From: a virus | Direction: 5' to 3' (one strand) | Length of the DNA stretch: 64,000 bases | Virus record (IMG/VR): IMGVR_UViG_3300038366_000033 | Span: 1-64,000 of that record | Shown: positions 9,114 through 18,617 of the stretch, in pieces | Layout: each line of letters begins with the position of its first letter | Numbering within the stretch: position 1 is the stretch's first letter | The notes under the pieces: model-generated | The model's input: only the letters and a program-made list of their open reading frames with translations | The model's database searches: none | Told to the model about the DNA's origin: nothing | Program-made: the position numbers and the translations under genes

Positions 9114-9500
9114 ATGACAGAATTACGAGAACAGGTTGTATTTGGACGGTCAATCGACTGGGAAGAAGAATCAGTCGGTGGAGTCGTACGCTTCAAAGAT
9201 TTAAAAACTGAGGATGCAAAACGTCTGATGAAAGCCGGAGAGATTGACCCGGAAGGTCGACAGAACAACTCACCGATGGCGAGTGAGTTTATCAAGTTCA
9301 TGGACTCTGTTGACGACCACGATATTCGTGCGATAGGGTATATGGTCGCACCGGACAGGAGCGATTCCAGGATTACGATCGAGGGCTTGAGAGTCGATGA
9401 GTCAATATCCAGAGATCTGATGCTCAGGTTTACCAACAAGTTCAGAATGGCTGATGAGTTCACGGTAGAGGAAGACTACCTGAGGTGCTGGTATGACTGA
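9114..9500 (+). CDS. hypothetical early protein (QNNSP..IGY..LRCWYD)
   Basis: Follows a repeat. Confidence 0.7.
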   Translation: MTELREQVVFGRSIDWEEESVGGVVRFKDLKTEDAKRLMKAGEIDPEGRQNNSPMASEFIKFMDSVDDHDIRAIGYMVAPDRSDSRITIEGLRVDESISRDLMLRFTNKFRMADEFTVEEDYLRCWYD

Positions 9501-9630
9501 GGTATACTGGGTGAAATCCCCGGATCTGCCTGAGAATACTATCAGGTCTTACACTGCCGACGACATAGAGCACCTAGAAGATAAGCTCAGGGACGACGGG
9601 CTCGACTGTTACGACCTAGTACATCAGTAA
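9493..9630 (+). CDS. hypothetical microprotein, 45 aa
   Basis: GAGGTG SD; overlaps the upstream stop. Confidence 0.55.
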   Translation: MTEVYWVKSPDLPENTIRSYTADDIEHLEDKLRDDGLDCYDLVHQ

Positions 9631-9690
9631 TTCCTTTCTTCTTTCTTATACACATAGTTATAAGGTTTTCTGGCTATAAATATAATACCG

Positions 9691-9948
9691 ATGAGCTATT
9701 TTGACCTAACACCGGATACGTACACACCAAAAGAACTTGCAGACGAAATCAACATAAACGTCGACGAGGACCGGGGGAGATATGATACACTCACCAGTAT
9801 AGTAATCGCTCTTGAAGACGTACAGTACCTGAGCGGAGACGACGATGTTAAGTGGGAGGTGATAGCCAGACTTACCGAGGCACTTAACGACCTTGAACCG
9901 GATATGGACGTGGAGGTAACAGACCGGAAAGTCAAGGTCTACCACTGA
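9691..9948 (+). CDS. hypothetical early protein
   Basis: Follows a repeat. Confidence 0.7.
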   Translation: MSYFDLTPDTYTPKELADEININVDEDRGRYDTLTSIVIALEDVQYLSGDDDVKWEVIARLTEALNDLEPDMDVEVTDRKVKVYH

Positions 9949-10003
9949 TTTTTTCTTCTTATACACATGTTTATAAGTCTTGGGTTCTATAAGTATAATA
10001 CCG

Positions 10004-10462
10004 ATGGAAGAACTACAACGAGATCTAGCGGAGAAGTTAACTCTGTTTATGGAGGAAAATCAGCAATTTCACATCTCTAGGGAGTACACATCCGACGACG
10101 GCCTGACCCTGCAGGTACTTGTAGACTTTGGCATTGAGGACCGGGACGATGGTATGGCTTACCCTGCTGACGTGTTCGCGCGGTTCCAGGATAACATGGA
10201 GTACCTGCACGATCAGGGGATCCTTGAGGAAGGAGACAGGATAGAGGATATAAACAACGATGAGCTGAGAGATCTAATAGGAAATCACGAGCTCTTTACG
10301 GAGTTGAGGTCCGACCTGATTCGTGCGGTCAGACAGGTATTTGATATACCTAGGTCCACTAAGTTGGGTGTTCCGGCCCAGATGTCAGACGTCGATATAG
10401 ACGGACGCGTTGACATACACTACGGAATATGGAATACAAGGGACGGGGTCGAGAGCCCCTGA
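10004..10462 (+). CDS. hypothetical early protein
   Basis: Start defined by the repeat. Confidence 0.7.
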   Translation: MEELQRDLAEKLTLFMEENQQFHISREYTSDDGLTLQVLVDFGIEDRDDGMAYPADVFARFQDNMEYLHDQGILEEGDRIEDINNDELRDLIGNHELFTELRSDLIRAVRQVFDIPRSTKLGVPAQMSDVDIDGRVDIHYGIWNTRDGVESP

Positions 10463-10515
10463 TTTTCTTCTTATCAATTCATTTATAAGGTTTCTTATAC
10501 ATAACTATAATACCG

Positions 10516-11091
10516 ATGGGACAGTACTATACGATAGCTAACCTTGACGCGAAAGAGTACGTAAAACCTAGAAAACTTGGATCAGGACTTAAGCTCTGGG
10601 AGATCAGTATGACAAATGTTCCTCAGATCCTGCCTTACCTACTGAGAGAGACAGATAGTTCAGGTGGTGGCGACCCGAGAGTCAGACTTGAGAGAGACCC
10701 CGACATGGATGTAGAAGAACAGCTTGAGATCGAGAGACGGCGCACAGCAGAAGTTTACTCCATGATGGGTAACTGGGCAGGAGATAGAGTTGTGTTCCTA
10801 GGCGATTATACAGAAAGGGAATCTGAGGAATACGGGAACCTATACCAAGAGGTCCAGCAGAGCGAGGAATGGACGGACGTTTCCCGGACCGTGGCTAAAG
10901 AGGTCGCAGACTTTATCGACCACGAGGACAAGAACCCGGAAGTGCCTAAGGACCCACAGGAGTGCGACCACGAGGATCCTATGATTACCAGATACAGCGA
11001 CGAGGAAACATACGGGGACTTCTACTGTAGGGAATGTCATATGTCAAAAGAGCTAGAGACGGAAGAAGAACTAGGTGAAATCCGCGCCTAA
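10516..11091 (+). CDS. conserved phage protein (MGQYY..NLD..KLWE..WAGDRV..GDY)
   Basis: Recognisable motif set; C-terminal Zn site. Confidence 0.7.
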   Translation: MGQYYTIANLDAKEYVKPRKLGSGLKLWEISMTNVPQILPYLLRETDSSGGGDPRVRLERDPDMDVEEQLEIERRRTAEVYSMMGNWAGDRVVFLGDYTERESEEYGNLYQEVQQSEEWTDVSRTVAKEVADFIDHEDKNPEVPKDPQECDHEDPMITRYSDEETYGDFYCRECHMSKELETEEELGEIRA

Positions 11092-11219
11092 ATTTTTTTT
11101 CTTTCTATTTCTACATATATAAAAGTTGAGTGTTATGTATTTTGATTAGGGATCCGGTGTTAACCGTACGTGTCTTATGTACAAGTATATAAAGGTTGTT
11201 ATACAATACTTCAATACCG

Positions 11220-12017
11220 ATGGAAACACAACAAAAACAGGATGTTCCAGACACAACAGACGTACTGGAATCTATGCTGAAAACCAACACCGGACGTCAC
11301 CCACTCGACTCCGGTTCACACTATGGACGCAACTTTGAAGAAAATCAGAAAATAAAAGATCTAGAAGATGCACCTGTCTCGACCCATGACATCAGGAACT
11401 ACGATGACGAAATAGAATTGATTAGTTATGTATCGACGTATCATTTCCTGAAATACCGCGTCGATTATGATTCTGAAGCCCATGAGCTACAGCAACAGTT
11501 CGAGGACTACTGTGATAATCTGGATGCTCTAGAGGGTGAATCATGGTTAAGCTGCATGGAAATGCTCTTTGGGGGCGCGACCGTCAACACCTACAACCAT
11601 GAGCACATAGTCGATCAGGTCCTGCAGTTCTCTGGTTTCTCACTCGAACACGTGGGGTATGTATCTGATCGAGACCCGAGGCCCGAGGACCATGAGTTCG
11701 TACTCGGTGAACGTATAGTTCAGGCCGTCGAGGATATACATGGAGACTTTGTAGCTCTACAGATACACAATGGGTGCGACGTACGTGGGGGATACACATC
11801 TCCGACCGTATTCCGTGCGACCCATGGACTTGATTACCTGATTATGTCTCCAGGAACCGACGTATCATGTACTGAGTGCGGATGGGTCGCTGCTCAACGT
11901 GATGGCTATCATAAAGAGGGTGCATGGGACGAACTCGAATACCGTGAGGAACCGGATCTGATCTTCCATACGGAATGTGGGTCCGAATGTACGGTAAGGT
12001 CGATGGTACAAATATAG
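11220..12017 (+). CDS. conserved viral protein (NTG..LDSG..YGR; QIHNGCDVRGGY)
   Basis: Recognisable motifs; C-terminal Zn ribbon. Confidence 0.7.
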   Translation: METQQKQDVPDTTDVLESMLKTNTGRHPLDSGSHYGRNFEENQKIKDLEDAPVSTHDIRNYDDEIELISYVSTYHFLKYRVDYDSEAHELQQQFEDYCDNLDALEGESWLSCMEMLFGGATVNTYNHEHIVDQVLQFSGFSLEHVGYVSDRDPRPEDHEFVLGERIVQAVEDIHGDFVALQIHNGCDVRGGYTSPTVFRATHGLDYLIMSPGTDVSCTECGWVAAQRDGYHKEGAWDELEYREEPDLIFHTECGSECTVRSMVQI

Positions 12018-12043
12018 GCACATTCCCTCTTCCATTCTTATTT

Positions 12044-12213
12044 TGAATACCTATTCGGTGAGACACACACACAACGGTAAAGTTCCCATATTAAATACCT
12101 TTCCGTGGCAGACTGTTATGAGTACTAAGTGAAAAGGCAAATTCAATTGAGATCTGAAGGTCCATTCGGTGAGACACACACACAGTGCCAACTTTCCCAC
12201 TTTATAAACCTAT
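12044..12213 (-). ncRNA. tandem pair of self-promoted small RNA candidates (handle GTGTGTGTGTCTCACCGAAT..TTCA)
   Basis: Two copies 111 bp apart, each with an AGGT(A/T)T(T/A)TAA TATA-like box and GGGAA upstream. Confidence 0.55.
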
Positions 12214-12285
12214 CAAGCAAGATCTAATTCAATCGAGTAGTAGAATAGAGAGCTAAGGTACCTGAGAATACTAATAAGGCGGCCA

Positions 12286-12349
12286 TTAGTTACCAAAGGG
12301 GTAACTAACTAACGGGGTATACTCGGGGTTAACCGGACCACGCCGTGGA
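12286..12349. repeat. cluster of inverted repeats
   Basis: TTAGTTACC-N5-GGTAACTAA perfect 9-bp stem, plus GGTTAACC and CCACG-C-CGTGG. Confidence 0.6.
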
Positions 12350-12465
12350 CCATACTACAACTATTACTCACGCTCGTTTATAAGTATTAATGTGACTGGA
12401 AAACTGGAAGCAACATGGAGATCATGCGCACCCTTATAAGCTTTAGTATACAATATCTTATTACA

Positions 12466-12651
12466 ATGGAACGAACTACACTTGCGGTCCCTGTCAAGTT
12501 CAGGGAGATGCTCAACGAAAACTACGACGGCGAAAACGATCTAGAACGACTCAAGCTCTGGGCCAATGAATACGAGGTAAGCGAAGAACACGGTGACGTG
12601 CCCGACCAGATGATGATAAAGGTGGAGAACATGATCGAGAAAGAGGCCTAG
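12466..12651 (+). CDS. small DNA-binding (RHH-like) protein
   Basis: MERTTLAVPVKFREML; CTTATAAG promoter upstream. Confidence 0.5.
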   Translation: MERTTLAVPVKFREMLNENYDGENDLERLKLWANEYEVSEEHGDVPDQMMIKVENMIEKEA

Positions 12652-12653
12652 GG

Positions 12654-12812
12654 ATGAGCTCTCTCTCGGAATATGCCGAGTACGAACACGTTCTTAGTGA
12701 GAAGGACGTCATAGAACTTTACTCAGCCTGTGAGAGGGGCGACATTGAACTGACAGATGAGCTATTGAGAAACCTGCAATTTGAAGCGGAAAAGATCCGA
12801 GAACAGGCATAG
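12654..12812 (+). CDS. hypothetical protein, 52 aa
   Basis: Manual translation; acidic. Confidence 0.5.
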   Translation: MSSLSEYAEYEHVLSEKDVIELYSACERGDIELTDELLRNLQFEAEKIREQA

Positions 12813-12881
12813 TCCCTCTTACTTCTTTTCAGATCTGAGGACCATAATTCTTTTCAGAGCTTCTATATATACTAAGACACA

Positions 12882-13280
12882 ATGACAGCAGACTACTACG
12901 CGGACGGCAAGAAGATTGTAGTTAAAGCCAAGGATGGAAGAGAGTTTCACAAAGAGGCCACGGTAACAGAGCCAGATAGGAATAAGTACTACAATATTAG
13001 AGTGGGCGGCAAAGATGGCGCGGCCAAGTTCACAGATGTTGCACGATTTAACGAGGAGGAAGAGTTCCTGCTGGATGAGGTAAGATTGATCTATAACGGA
13101 GAGATGGTCGCGCTCAGAAAGGTCGAACCTGTATATGTACAACCATCGGATGATATAGAGATCACATATGAGTTTGAGCTCAAAAGAGACAGGGGAGTAA
13201 TCAAGGCGATGTCTCCGGTTTCCAGTGGAAACAAAGGTTGGATCTCAAGGGTGAAGGGGGGTCTTGGGCGTCTTCTATGA
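12882..13280 (+). CDS. hypothetical protein
   Basis: 132 aa ORF after TATATATA. Confidence 0.65.
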   Translation: MTADYYADGKKIVVKAKDGREFHKEATVTEPDRNKYYNIRVGGKDGAAKFTDVARFNEEEEFLLDEVRLIYNGEMVALRKVEPVYVQPSDDIEITYEFELKRDRGVIKAMSPVSSGNKGWISRVKGGLGRLL

Positions 13281-13410
13281 GCTTTCACTTGAGCGTACTA
13301 TCAGAGAGAGTTCCACATGAAATCAGGGTGAGATCTACTACTCAATCGGTCAATCTAGGGGTTGATTAGTGATCTCAGAGGAAGTTTCTCTTACAAGTTC
13401 GGTCGGTATA

Positions 13411-13469
13411 GCACACTTTCTGAACGCCTAGGCACACTTTCTGACCACCCGATGTAAAGTACACTTTAC
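13411..13469. repeat. direct repeat GCACACTTTCTGA x2 plus palindrome GTAAAGT-AC-ACTTTAC
   Basis: Copies at 13411 and 13432; palindrome at 13454-13469; lies in a ~350-bp non-coding gap. Confidence 0.7.
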
Positions 13470-13641
13470 GTAATACTTTGTAATATGCCCTCATATGTTC
13501 CTGAGTACTCCCTCTCACTTCTGATACAGACACCTAGAACTTCAGTACTATACAGTAACGACTAATCGAGTATTACAATTTTCACTGGCTCTAAGAATAA
13601 ATACCCTTTATATATTTTACTACCCCTATTATTTGTTACCT

Positions 13642-13821
13642 ATGACCGACGACGACTCTACTTCATGTCCAAGTTGTGACGCACCAGCACCAAAAGCACA
13701 GATAGAAACTCTAGGCGAGTGTGAGAGATGTCACTATAACTCCGATCAGGAGATCACTTCCGCGAATACAGAAACCAAGAAGACCAGTGACGCTTCTATT
13801 ATCGCCAAGTGGCAGAAGTAA
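13642..13821 (+). CDS. small Zn-finger protein
   Basis: CPSC..CERC. Confidence 0.55.
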   Translation: MTDDDSTSCPSCDAPAPKAQIETLGECERCHYNSDQEITSANTETKKTSDASIIAKWQK

Positions 13822-13997
13822 TGACACGCTGGAATCGACAGTTACGGAAACGCCTTCAGGAGGCGCATGAGGACACCGAGCACCCTGAATTGAAGAAACG
13901 CCTAGAGAGACTTAATGAGGAACTTTCAGAGACACCTCTACTTTCAGACGACGAGTTCGACGAGCTAGAGAAACGGATCAACGGCATAGTTTGTTAA
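13821..13997 (+). CDS. hypothetical protein
   Basis: TAATG coupling. Confidence 0.55.
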   Translation: MTRWNRQLRKRLQEAHEDTEHPELKKRLERLNEELSETPLLSDDEFDELEKRINGIVC

Positions 13998-14050
13998 CGA
14001 CACCATACTTATAAGTTTTCTTACTTAATTAGTACATAGGGTGACAACCT

Positions 14051-14335
14051 ATCGAAGTTACACTAAAGGCTGAAGAACCAGTCTATCAACTTTCAGAATT
14101 TAACTCAAGCATGGAGAGAAAAGCTAAAAGAAACACAACTATGGAAGGTCTCGAACACGCCAATCGTTTTTACTGGATTGAGGCGCATGACGACTCTGAG
14201 GAAGTACTTGTCGTAAGCGACTTTATGGTTGCAGAACAGATTATGTCTAGATTCAACGAGGGCGACTTTGACTCGCTTCAGGAAGCTGCTGACATGACCG
14301 ATAACGCACACATCGAGGAGGATCGCCCATGGTAG
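14051..14335 (+). CDS. hypothetical protein, possible ATC start
   Basis: GGGTGA SD at 14039 precedes an in-frame ATC; first ATG is at 14111. Confidence 0.55.
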   Translation: MEVTLKAEEPVYQLSEFNSSMERKAKRNTTMEGLEHANRFYWIEAHDDSEEVLVVSDFMVAEQIMSRFNEGDFDSLQEAADMTDNAHIEEDRPW

Positions 14336-14541
14336 TTCATACGTGTGTCGAGTGCGGTAAAATCTATCGTGCCGGAACCGGAGAGTCTGAATGTCCACAC
14401 TGTGAGACCACCCAGCAGGTGACAGATGATGAGTAAGAGATGTTGTGGCGACACAGACATCTTCCAAGACATAGACGGACAGATAAGATGTTCGTCATGC
14501 GAAAACATCATCTATGACTATGTATCAACAGGTGATATAGA

Positions 14542-14940
14542 ATGAAGATGGTCGATTCTCACAAACTTACCTGCGAGTGTGGAGAGGAAATCGAGAACAT
14601 AGACGAAGCCAAGGAACACTTCCAGTCCCGACCCGACGAGATGAGAATGAACGAACACCTAGACGGTTACAACTTCCATGGGTTCGAGTTTGTCGGGTTC
14701 GATGCCCACACTCACAGTGCCCGATGGTCGCATCAGGACCTCGATTTATGGTTCTACGCGACACCTGCCTCATGGTTCATGCCGGACGAGGAAGGTTATG
14801 TGCAGTTCCAGGTTGAGGGCGGCGGAGCCTTCAGGGAGCTTCAGGGGCAGGTCGTCCACAAGGCTTTCTTCGAGGAGACCCTGAGCTTTCAGGAATACAG
14901 GGAAATGGTAAAACACTTCATAGAGGATCACTTCCTATGA
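14542..14940 (+). CDS. hypothetical protein with N-terminal Zn finger
   Basis: CECG..H; GGTGA SD. Confidence 0.65.
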   Translation: MKMVDSHKLTCECGEEIENIDEAKEHFQSRPDEMRMNEHLDGYNFHGFEFVGFDAHTHSARWSHQDLDLWFYATPASWFMPDEEGYVQFQVEGGGAFRELQGQVVHKAFFEETLSFQEYREMVKHFIEDHFL

Positions 14941-15119
14941 AGGAGACCTACGAGGTTATGCTGTATGAGGACCCCGATACCTACATACACTATGCCGACA
15001 CCCGGGATAATGTCCCGAGATACGTGGAAGAACACGCCGAAAACGTGGAAAAGGCAGATCTGAGCTATCTGGAAGACAACTTTGTTACCGGCGACATCAG
15101 CCGTCTACTTGAGGAGTAA
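14937..15119 (+). CDS. hypothetical protein
   Basis: ATGA overlap. Confidence 0.55.
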   Translation: MKETYEVMLYEDPDTYIHYADTRDNVPRYVEEHAENVEKADLSYLEDNFVTGDISRLLEE

Positions 15120-15141
15120 CTCTCCTCGGCGGCTATTTCCT

Positions 15142-15378
15142 ATGACATATCCTATTACCGAGAGTATGTACGAGTTACTTGAAATCTTCGAAAACAACAA
15201 CCAAAACCTATCAGAGATCGCGGAAGAACACGACATGGACTACTCGACTCTCTCACGCACAAAAGACCTTATGAAGGACAGAGGCTGGATCAACGAGGAT
15301 CCTACGTACAATTACTCTGTATACTTCAACAACGAGAGAGGTCAGAAAGTCCTGAAACTGTTGAGGGAGATGCCATGA
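15142..15378 (+). CDS. MarR-like winged-helix regulator
   Basis: NLSEIAEEHDMDYSTLSRTKDLMKDRGWI..NERGQKV. Confidence 0.7.
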   Translation: MTYPITESMYELLEIFENNNQNLSEIAEEHDMDYSTLSRTKDLMKDRGWINEDPTYNYSVYFNNERGQKVLKLLREMP

Positions 15379-15971
15379 CCCAGACGTTCATGAAGACCCT
15401 CAACAACATATCCAAGGCCCTCTGGGAGAAGAGTGACGACGGCGAAATATCCGAACAGGAGATCAAAAAGACCATCAAGGTCGAGGCAGGATATACGGTC
15501 GTCGATAAGTACTGGGACGAGCTTCACGATTTCAACAGAGTCGAACAGGTCCCGGAGACCCAGACGTGGATAGTCTCGAAACCCGAGAAAGTTGGTATAG
15601 AAAAGACCAATACGGACGTCGAGAAGAGATCGAAGAAAGTCCTAGTGCCGGAAGATGTTTTACAGGCAGCGAAACAGTACGGCGTCGATTTCTCGAAAGT
15701 CTTTACGGAGGCACTGATCGAGGAAGTTTCCGACGTCAAGTCCTTTCTCGAAACCTACATGGGCGGAAAGTACAACGACACTGAGTCAAAGTACATCTTC
15801 GAGCTATTCAAGAAGGGTCTCGATACCCATGAAGGCAGAGATACAGAGAGAGCCAGGAGAGATAAGAGACGCAGAGAGCTCTACAAGGACATCTTCGAGA
15901 CCAGTAAAGCCGATAGAGAACACATAGGCGAACTCAGGAAGAAGGCGGCAGAGCTTGGCCAAATACTATAA
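15375..15971 (+). CDS. protein with internal RHH/CcdA-like domain
   Basis: KKVLVPEDVLQAAKQYGVDFSKVFTEAL. Confidence 0.6.
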   Translation: MTQTFMKTLNNISKALWEKSDDGEISEQEIKKTIKVEAGYTVVDKYWDELHDFNRVEQVPETQTWIVSKPEKVGIEKTNTDVEKRSKKVLVPEDVLQAAKQYGVDFSKVFTEALIEEVSDVKSFLETYMGGKYNDTESKYIFELFKKGLDTHEGRDTERARRDKRRRELYKDIFETSKADREHIGELRKKAAELGQIL

Positions 15972-15995
15972 AAGACTTTGGTGATAGTAACAAGT

Positions 15996-17210
15996 ATGGG
16001 ACTCGACACGAACAAGGGGTTGTTAAAACACAACGCCGAGCAGTACGCGAAGAAGCGCAACGTAGACCCAGCTCTCATTGACTTCGAAAGCATTATTGAC
16101 ACAGAACTTTCTGACGGTGAGAACTGGAGAAAAATCGACAACCAAGTAAAAAAACACATGGACCCAGATGCAAAGCTGGATGAGGAAACACCTCACAAGG
16201 ACGAGATCGCTGCCAAGGAGAGAGAGATTCAGGAAAAATACATAGAGGAAATAGAGAAAGATAAGAAGCTCGATCTCCACAAACAGTTCAAGGACGATAT
16301 GCACGAGGAGGTACAGTCCTTTTACAGTATGTTCAACTACTACCTCAAGTCCATATGCCGCGGACATCATACTTCATTCATGGTCAACGCGGATCCTGGA
16401 ATCGGTAAGTCGTATCAAACCACACAGACTCTGATCAACGAGGTCGGCGAGGACAAGTTCACCAAGTCCCCTGCCGTTGCCTCGCCGTTCCAGTTTTACA
16501 AACAGCTTTGGGAACTTGAGGAGTCACAACAGGACATTCTGGTCCTTGACGACATCGAAGGTCTGCTTCGAAGTAAGAAGGCACTCGCCATTCTGAAACA
16601 GGCGACGTGGACAGAGACCGAGGACAGATTTGTCGGTTGGAACTCTTCTCCCTCGAAGCTTCAGACCAAAAACGGGAAGGACATACCGAAGGAGTTCAAG
16701 TTCACTGGCAAACTTATCATGATATTCAACGAAGTGCCAGAGGACGACATCATCTTCGAGTCACTGCGAGATCGATGCTTCTACTATGAGCTCTCCTTTG
16801 ACTATGAACAGAAGTGTCAACTTCTACGGGCTCTCGCCGACAAGGGTATGGGTTACGATGTCGATCAGGCCGATCGCGAGGAGATTGCATCGTGGCTCAT
16901 CGATGTCTCGAACCCGGCGACGTCGGATCTGAACTTACGTACGTTCGAACTTGCACTCAAACACTTCAAGGGTGCGCGTGACATTCAGGACATCGATGTT
17001 ACGTGGCGTGACGTCATACGTACAAACATGGACATCGACAGAAAGCTCGAAGCGGCACGTGAGGTCATCAAGGATCCTTCACTCACATCTCCTGGAGAGA
17101 GACAGGACGAGTTCAAGTCCATGACAGGACTCTCCAAGAGAACTTACAGGAACGCACGTGAAGAGCTACGTGAAAACTCACAGGAGATCAGGGAGATTCT
17201 GGACCAGTGA
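15996..17210 (+). CDS. AAA+ ATPase
   Basis: Walker A ADPGIGKS, Walker B LVLDD, arginine finger SLRDRC. Confidence 0.85.
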   Translation: MGLDTNKGLLKHNAEQYAKKRNVDPALIDFESIIDTELSDGENWRKIDNQVKKHMDPDAKLDEETPHKDEIAAKEREIQEKYIEEIEKDKKLDLHKQFKDDMHEEVQSFYSMFNYYLKSICRGHHTSFMVNADPGIGKSYQTTQTLINEVGEDKFTKSPAVASPFQFYKQLWELEESQQDILVLDDIEGLLRSKKALAILKQATWTETEDRFVGWNSSPSKLQTKNGKDIPKEFKFTGKLIMIFNEVPEDDIIFESLRDRCFYYELSFDYEQKCQLLRALADKGMGYDVDQADREEIASWLIDVSNPATSDLNLRTFELALKHFKGARDIQDIDVTWRDVIRTNMDIDRKLEAAREVIKDPSLTSPGERQDEFKSMTGLSKRTYRNAREELRENSQEIREILDQ

Positions 17211-17349
17211 GTTGGAAAACTGGAAACAGTATATGGAACACGCGTTCATCAAGCAGTACTGGTCGCTCGGGGGTTCGACTCCTCCGGCTGCTATCTATGG
17301 TAACAACTACCATGCATACCATACAACTTTACGGCGAGGTAAAATCACA

Positions 17350-17715
17350 ATGATGGATCAACCATTTTACATGGTCGAGGTATCAAGATCGGACGCGGAA
17401 AAGATGCAGACGTACATGTTCGAAAACAACCTTCAGCATTACTTCGACATGGACGAGAGAAGAGTCGAGAAGGTCGAGAGAGTACCACTGGAAAAGATCA
17501 ACCACTTCACAGAGGAACACGTACAGGAACTCTTCAGAAGCCTAGAACAGGAATACGACTTCAGCTTCGAGAAGGACCACTCGGACATGAAGAAATCTGT
17601 CCAAGAGATGAGAGAGGCTATCAGAGATGCTCTGGTAAGTGAGCTCATCCAGAAGGGAGATAAGGACGACACGTTCTCAGAGGCTCTTTTGAGAGGTGTA
17701 GAAGATGCCGGTTAA
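17350..17715 (+). CDS. hypothetical protein
   Basis: Acidic part of ORF 17158-17715; start uncertain. Confidence 0.55.
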   Translation: MMDQPFYMVEVSRSDAEKMQTYMFENNLQHYFDMDERRVEKVERVPLEKINHFTEEHVQELFRSLEQEYDFSFEKDHSDMKKSVQEMREAIRDALVSELIQKGDKDDTFSEALLRGVEDAG

Positions 17716-17874
17716 AGAGGTAACAGTCGAGGATCCTGGAGACGGATATATCAAACACGAACTCGGCGACGCCAAAGTCGAGGTAATTTACCGGGCGGAC
17801 GACGAACTAGAGGTGGTCTTTACAAACGGCGACCGCTATGTGTACCCGATTTCAAGAGTGGTGTACTACGTAAA

Positions 17875-18336
17875 ATGAAAAGGAGAGTGAGAGTAAAAAC
17901 AGGGGTGTCGATGCTTTCAGTCGCCTTACTTGTTGTTATCTCATTCGTACTGGGACAGGCGACATCGAACCCCGAGCTCACATTGAATCAGGCCGAGACC
18001 CCAGCATGGGAGTACATGCACGTCAACTACACGGGGAGCTTTCACTCTGGCGGATACCACTTTCACTTCAGACAGCAAGGCGAGGGCATGTTAAGAAACA
18101 ACTCTGTGGGGATTACAAGAGCCAAGGACCCCAGAAATGACATATACATCAGGACAGATAGGTCCGGCAAAGCGATCATCAGGACGTGCCGACACGAGGT
18201 CCTGCACCACTACTTCCCGAACTACAAGCACCAAGATGATGTCAGCAGGTGGGACGACCCTATCTATATGTTAGAGGACAACGTCGAGTTCGCCACCTGT
18301 AAGTACATGATGCAGAAGATTCAGAGACTATCCTAG
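17875..18336 (+). CDS. secreted or membrane-anchored HExxH metallopeptidase-like protein
   Basis: N-terminal hydrophobic segment; RHEVLHH. Confidence 0.6.
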   Translation: MKRRVRVKTGVSMLSVALLVVISFVLGQATSNPELTLNQAETPAWEYMHVNYTGSFHSGGYHFHFRQQGEGMLRNNSVGITRAKDPRNDIYIRTDRSGKAIIRTCRHEVLHHYFPNYKHQDDVSRWDDPIYMLEDNVEFATCKYMMQKIQRLS

Positions 18337-18590
18337 GCCGGGACAAAATACCGGCCCTCTCCACATTCTGGACACTCGAAGTGGAATAGCTCCTTACCTC
18401 TTTCGATATCGTCATCTAGGTGACGATCACCTGTTTTCTTATATACTTCTAGTACCTCTTCGATTCCCTTCCAGATACGTCTTCCCTTGATCGTGATATC
18501 GCACTTGTTTGGTCCGGTCGGTTTCATCTCCTCGGAGGTTCTCGCTTTGAACTTGGCCTTGATCTTCTCGGTCTTCTCGTCGAAGTCCAT
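18333..18590 (-). CDS. small Zn-ribbon protein
   Basis: CPECG; divergent from the ncRNA pair. Confidence 0.6.
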   Translation of the reverse strand: MDFDEKTEKIKAKFKARTSEEMKPTGPNKCDITIKGRRIWKGIEEVLEVYKKTGDRHLDDDIERGKELFHFECPECGEGRYFVPA

Positions 18591-18617
18591 ATACACATAT
18601 TAGAGACCCAGACACAT

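Larger units (their letters stand above)
3009..11219 (+). repeat. dispersed ~55-bp intergenic repeat family (T-rich terminator + CTTATACACATACTTATAAGGTTT..TATAATACCG-ATG), about 18 copies
   Basis: Copies precede starts at about 3069, 3688, 4086, 4597, 5046, 5421, 5769, 6032, 6257, 6512, 7257, 7954, 8781, 9114, 9691, 10004, 10516 and 11220; some are degenerate. Confidence 0.95.

Noticed and set aside
3009-11219. Early repeats as a CRISPR array or classical integron attC sites
   Set aside because: Spacing is irregular (200-800 bp) and whole genes lie between copies; the repeats are degenerate and lack attC-type extended dyad structure; no integrase or cas1 is in the window
12044-12213. GT run as a simple microsatellite
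   Set aside because: It is embedded in a ~60-bp element conserved in four copies with a positioned TATA box, so it is not mere slippage
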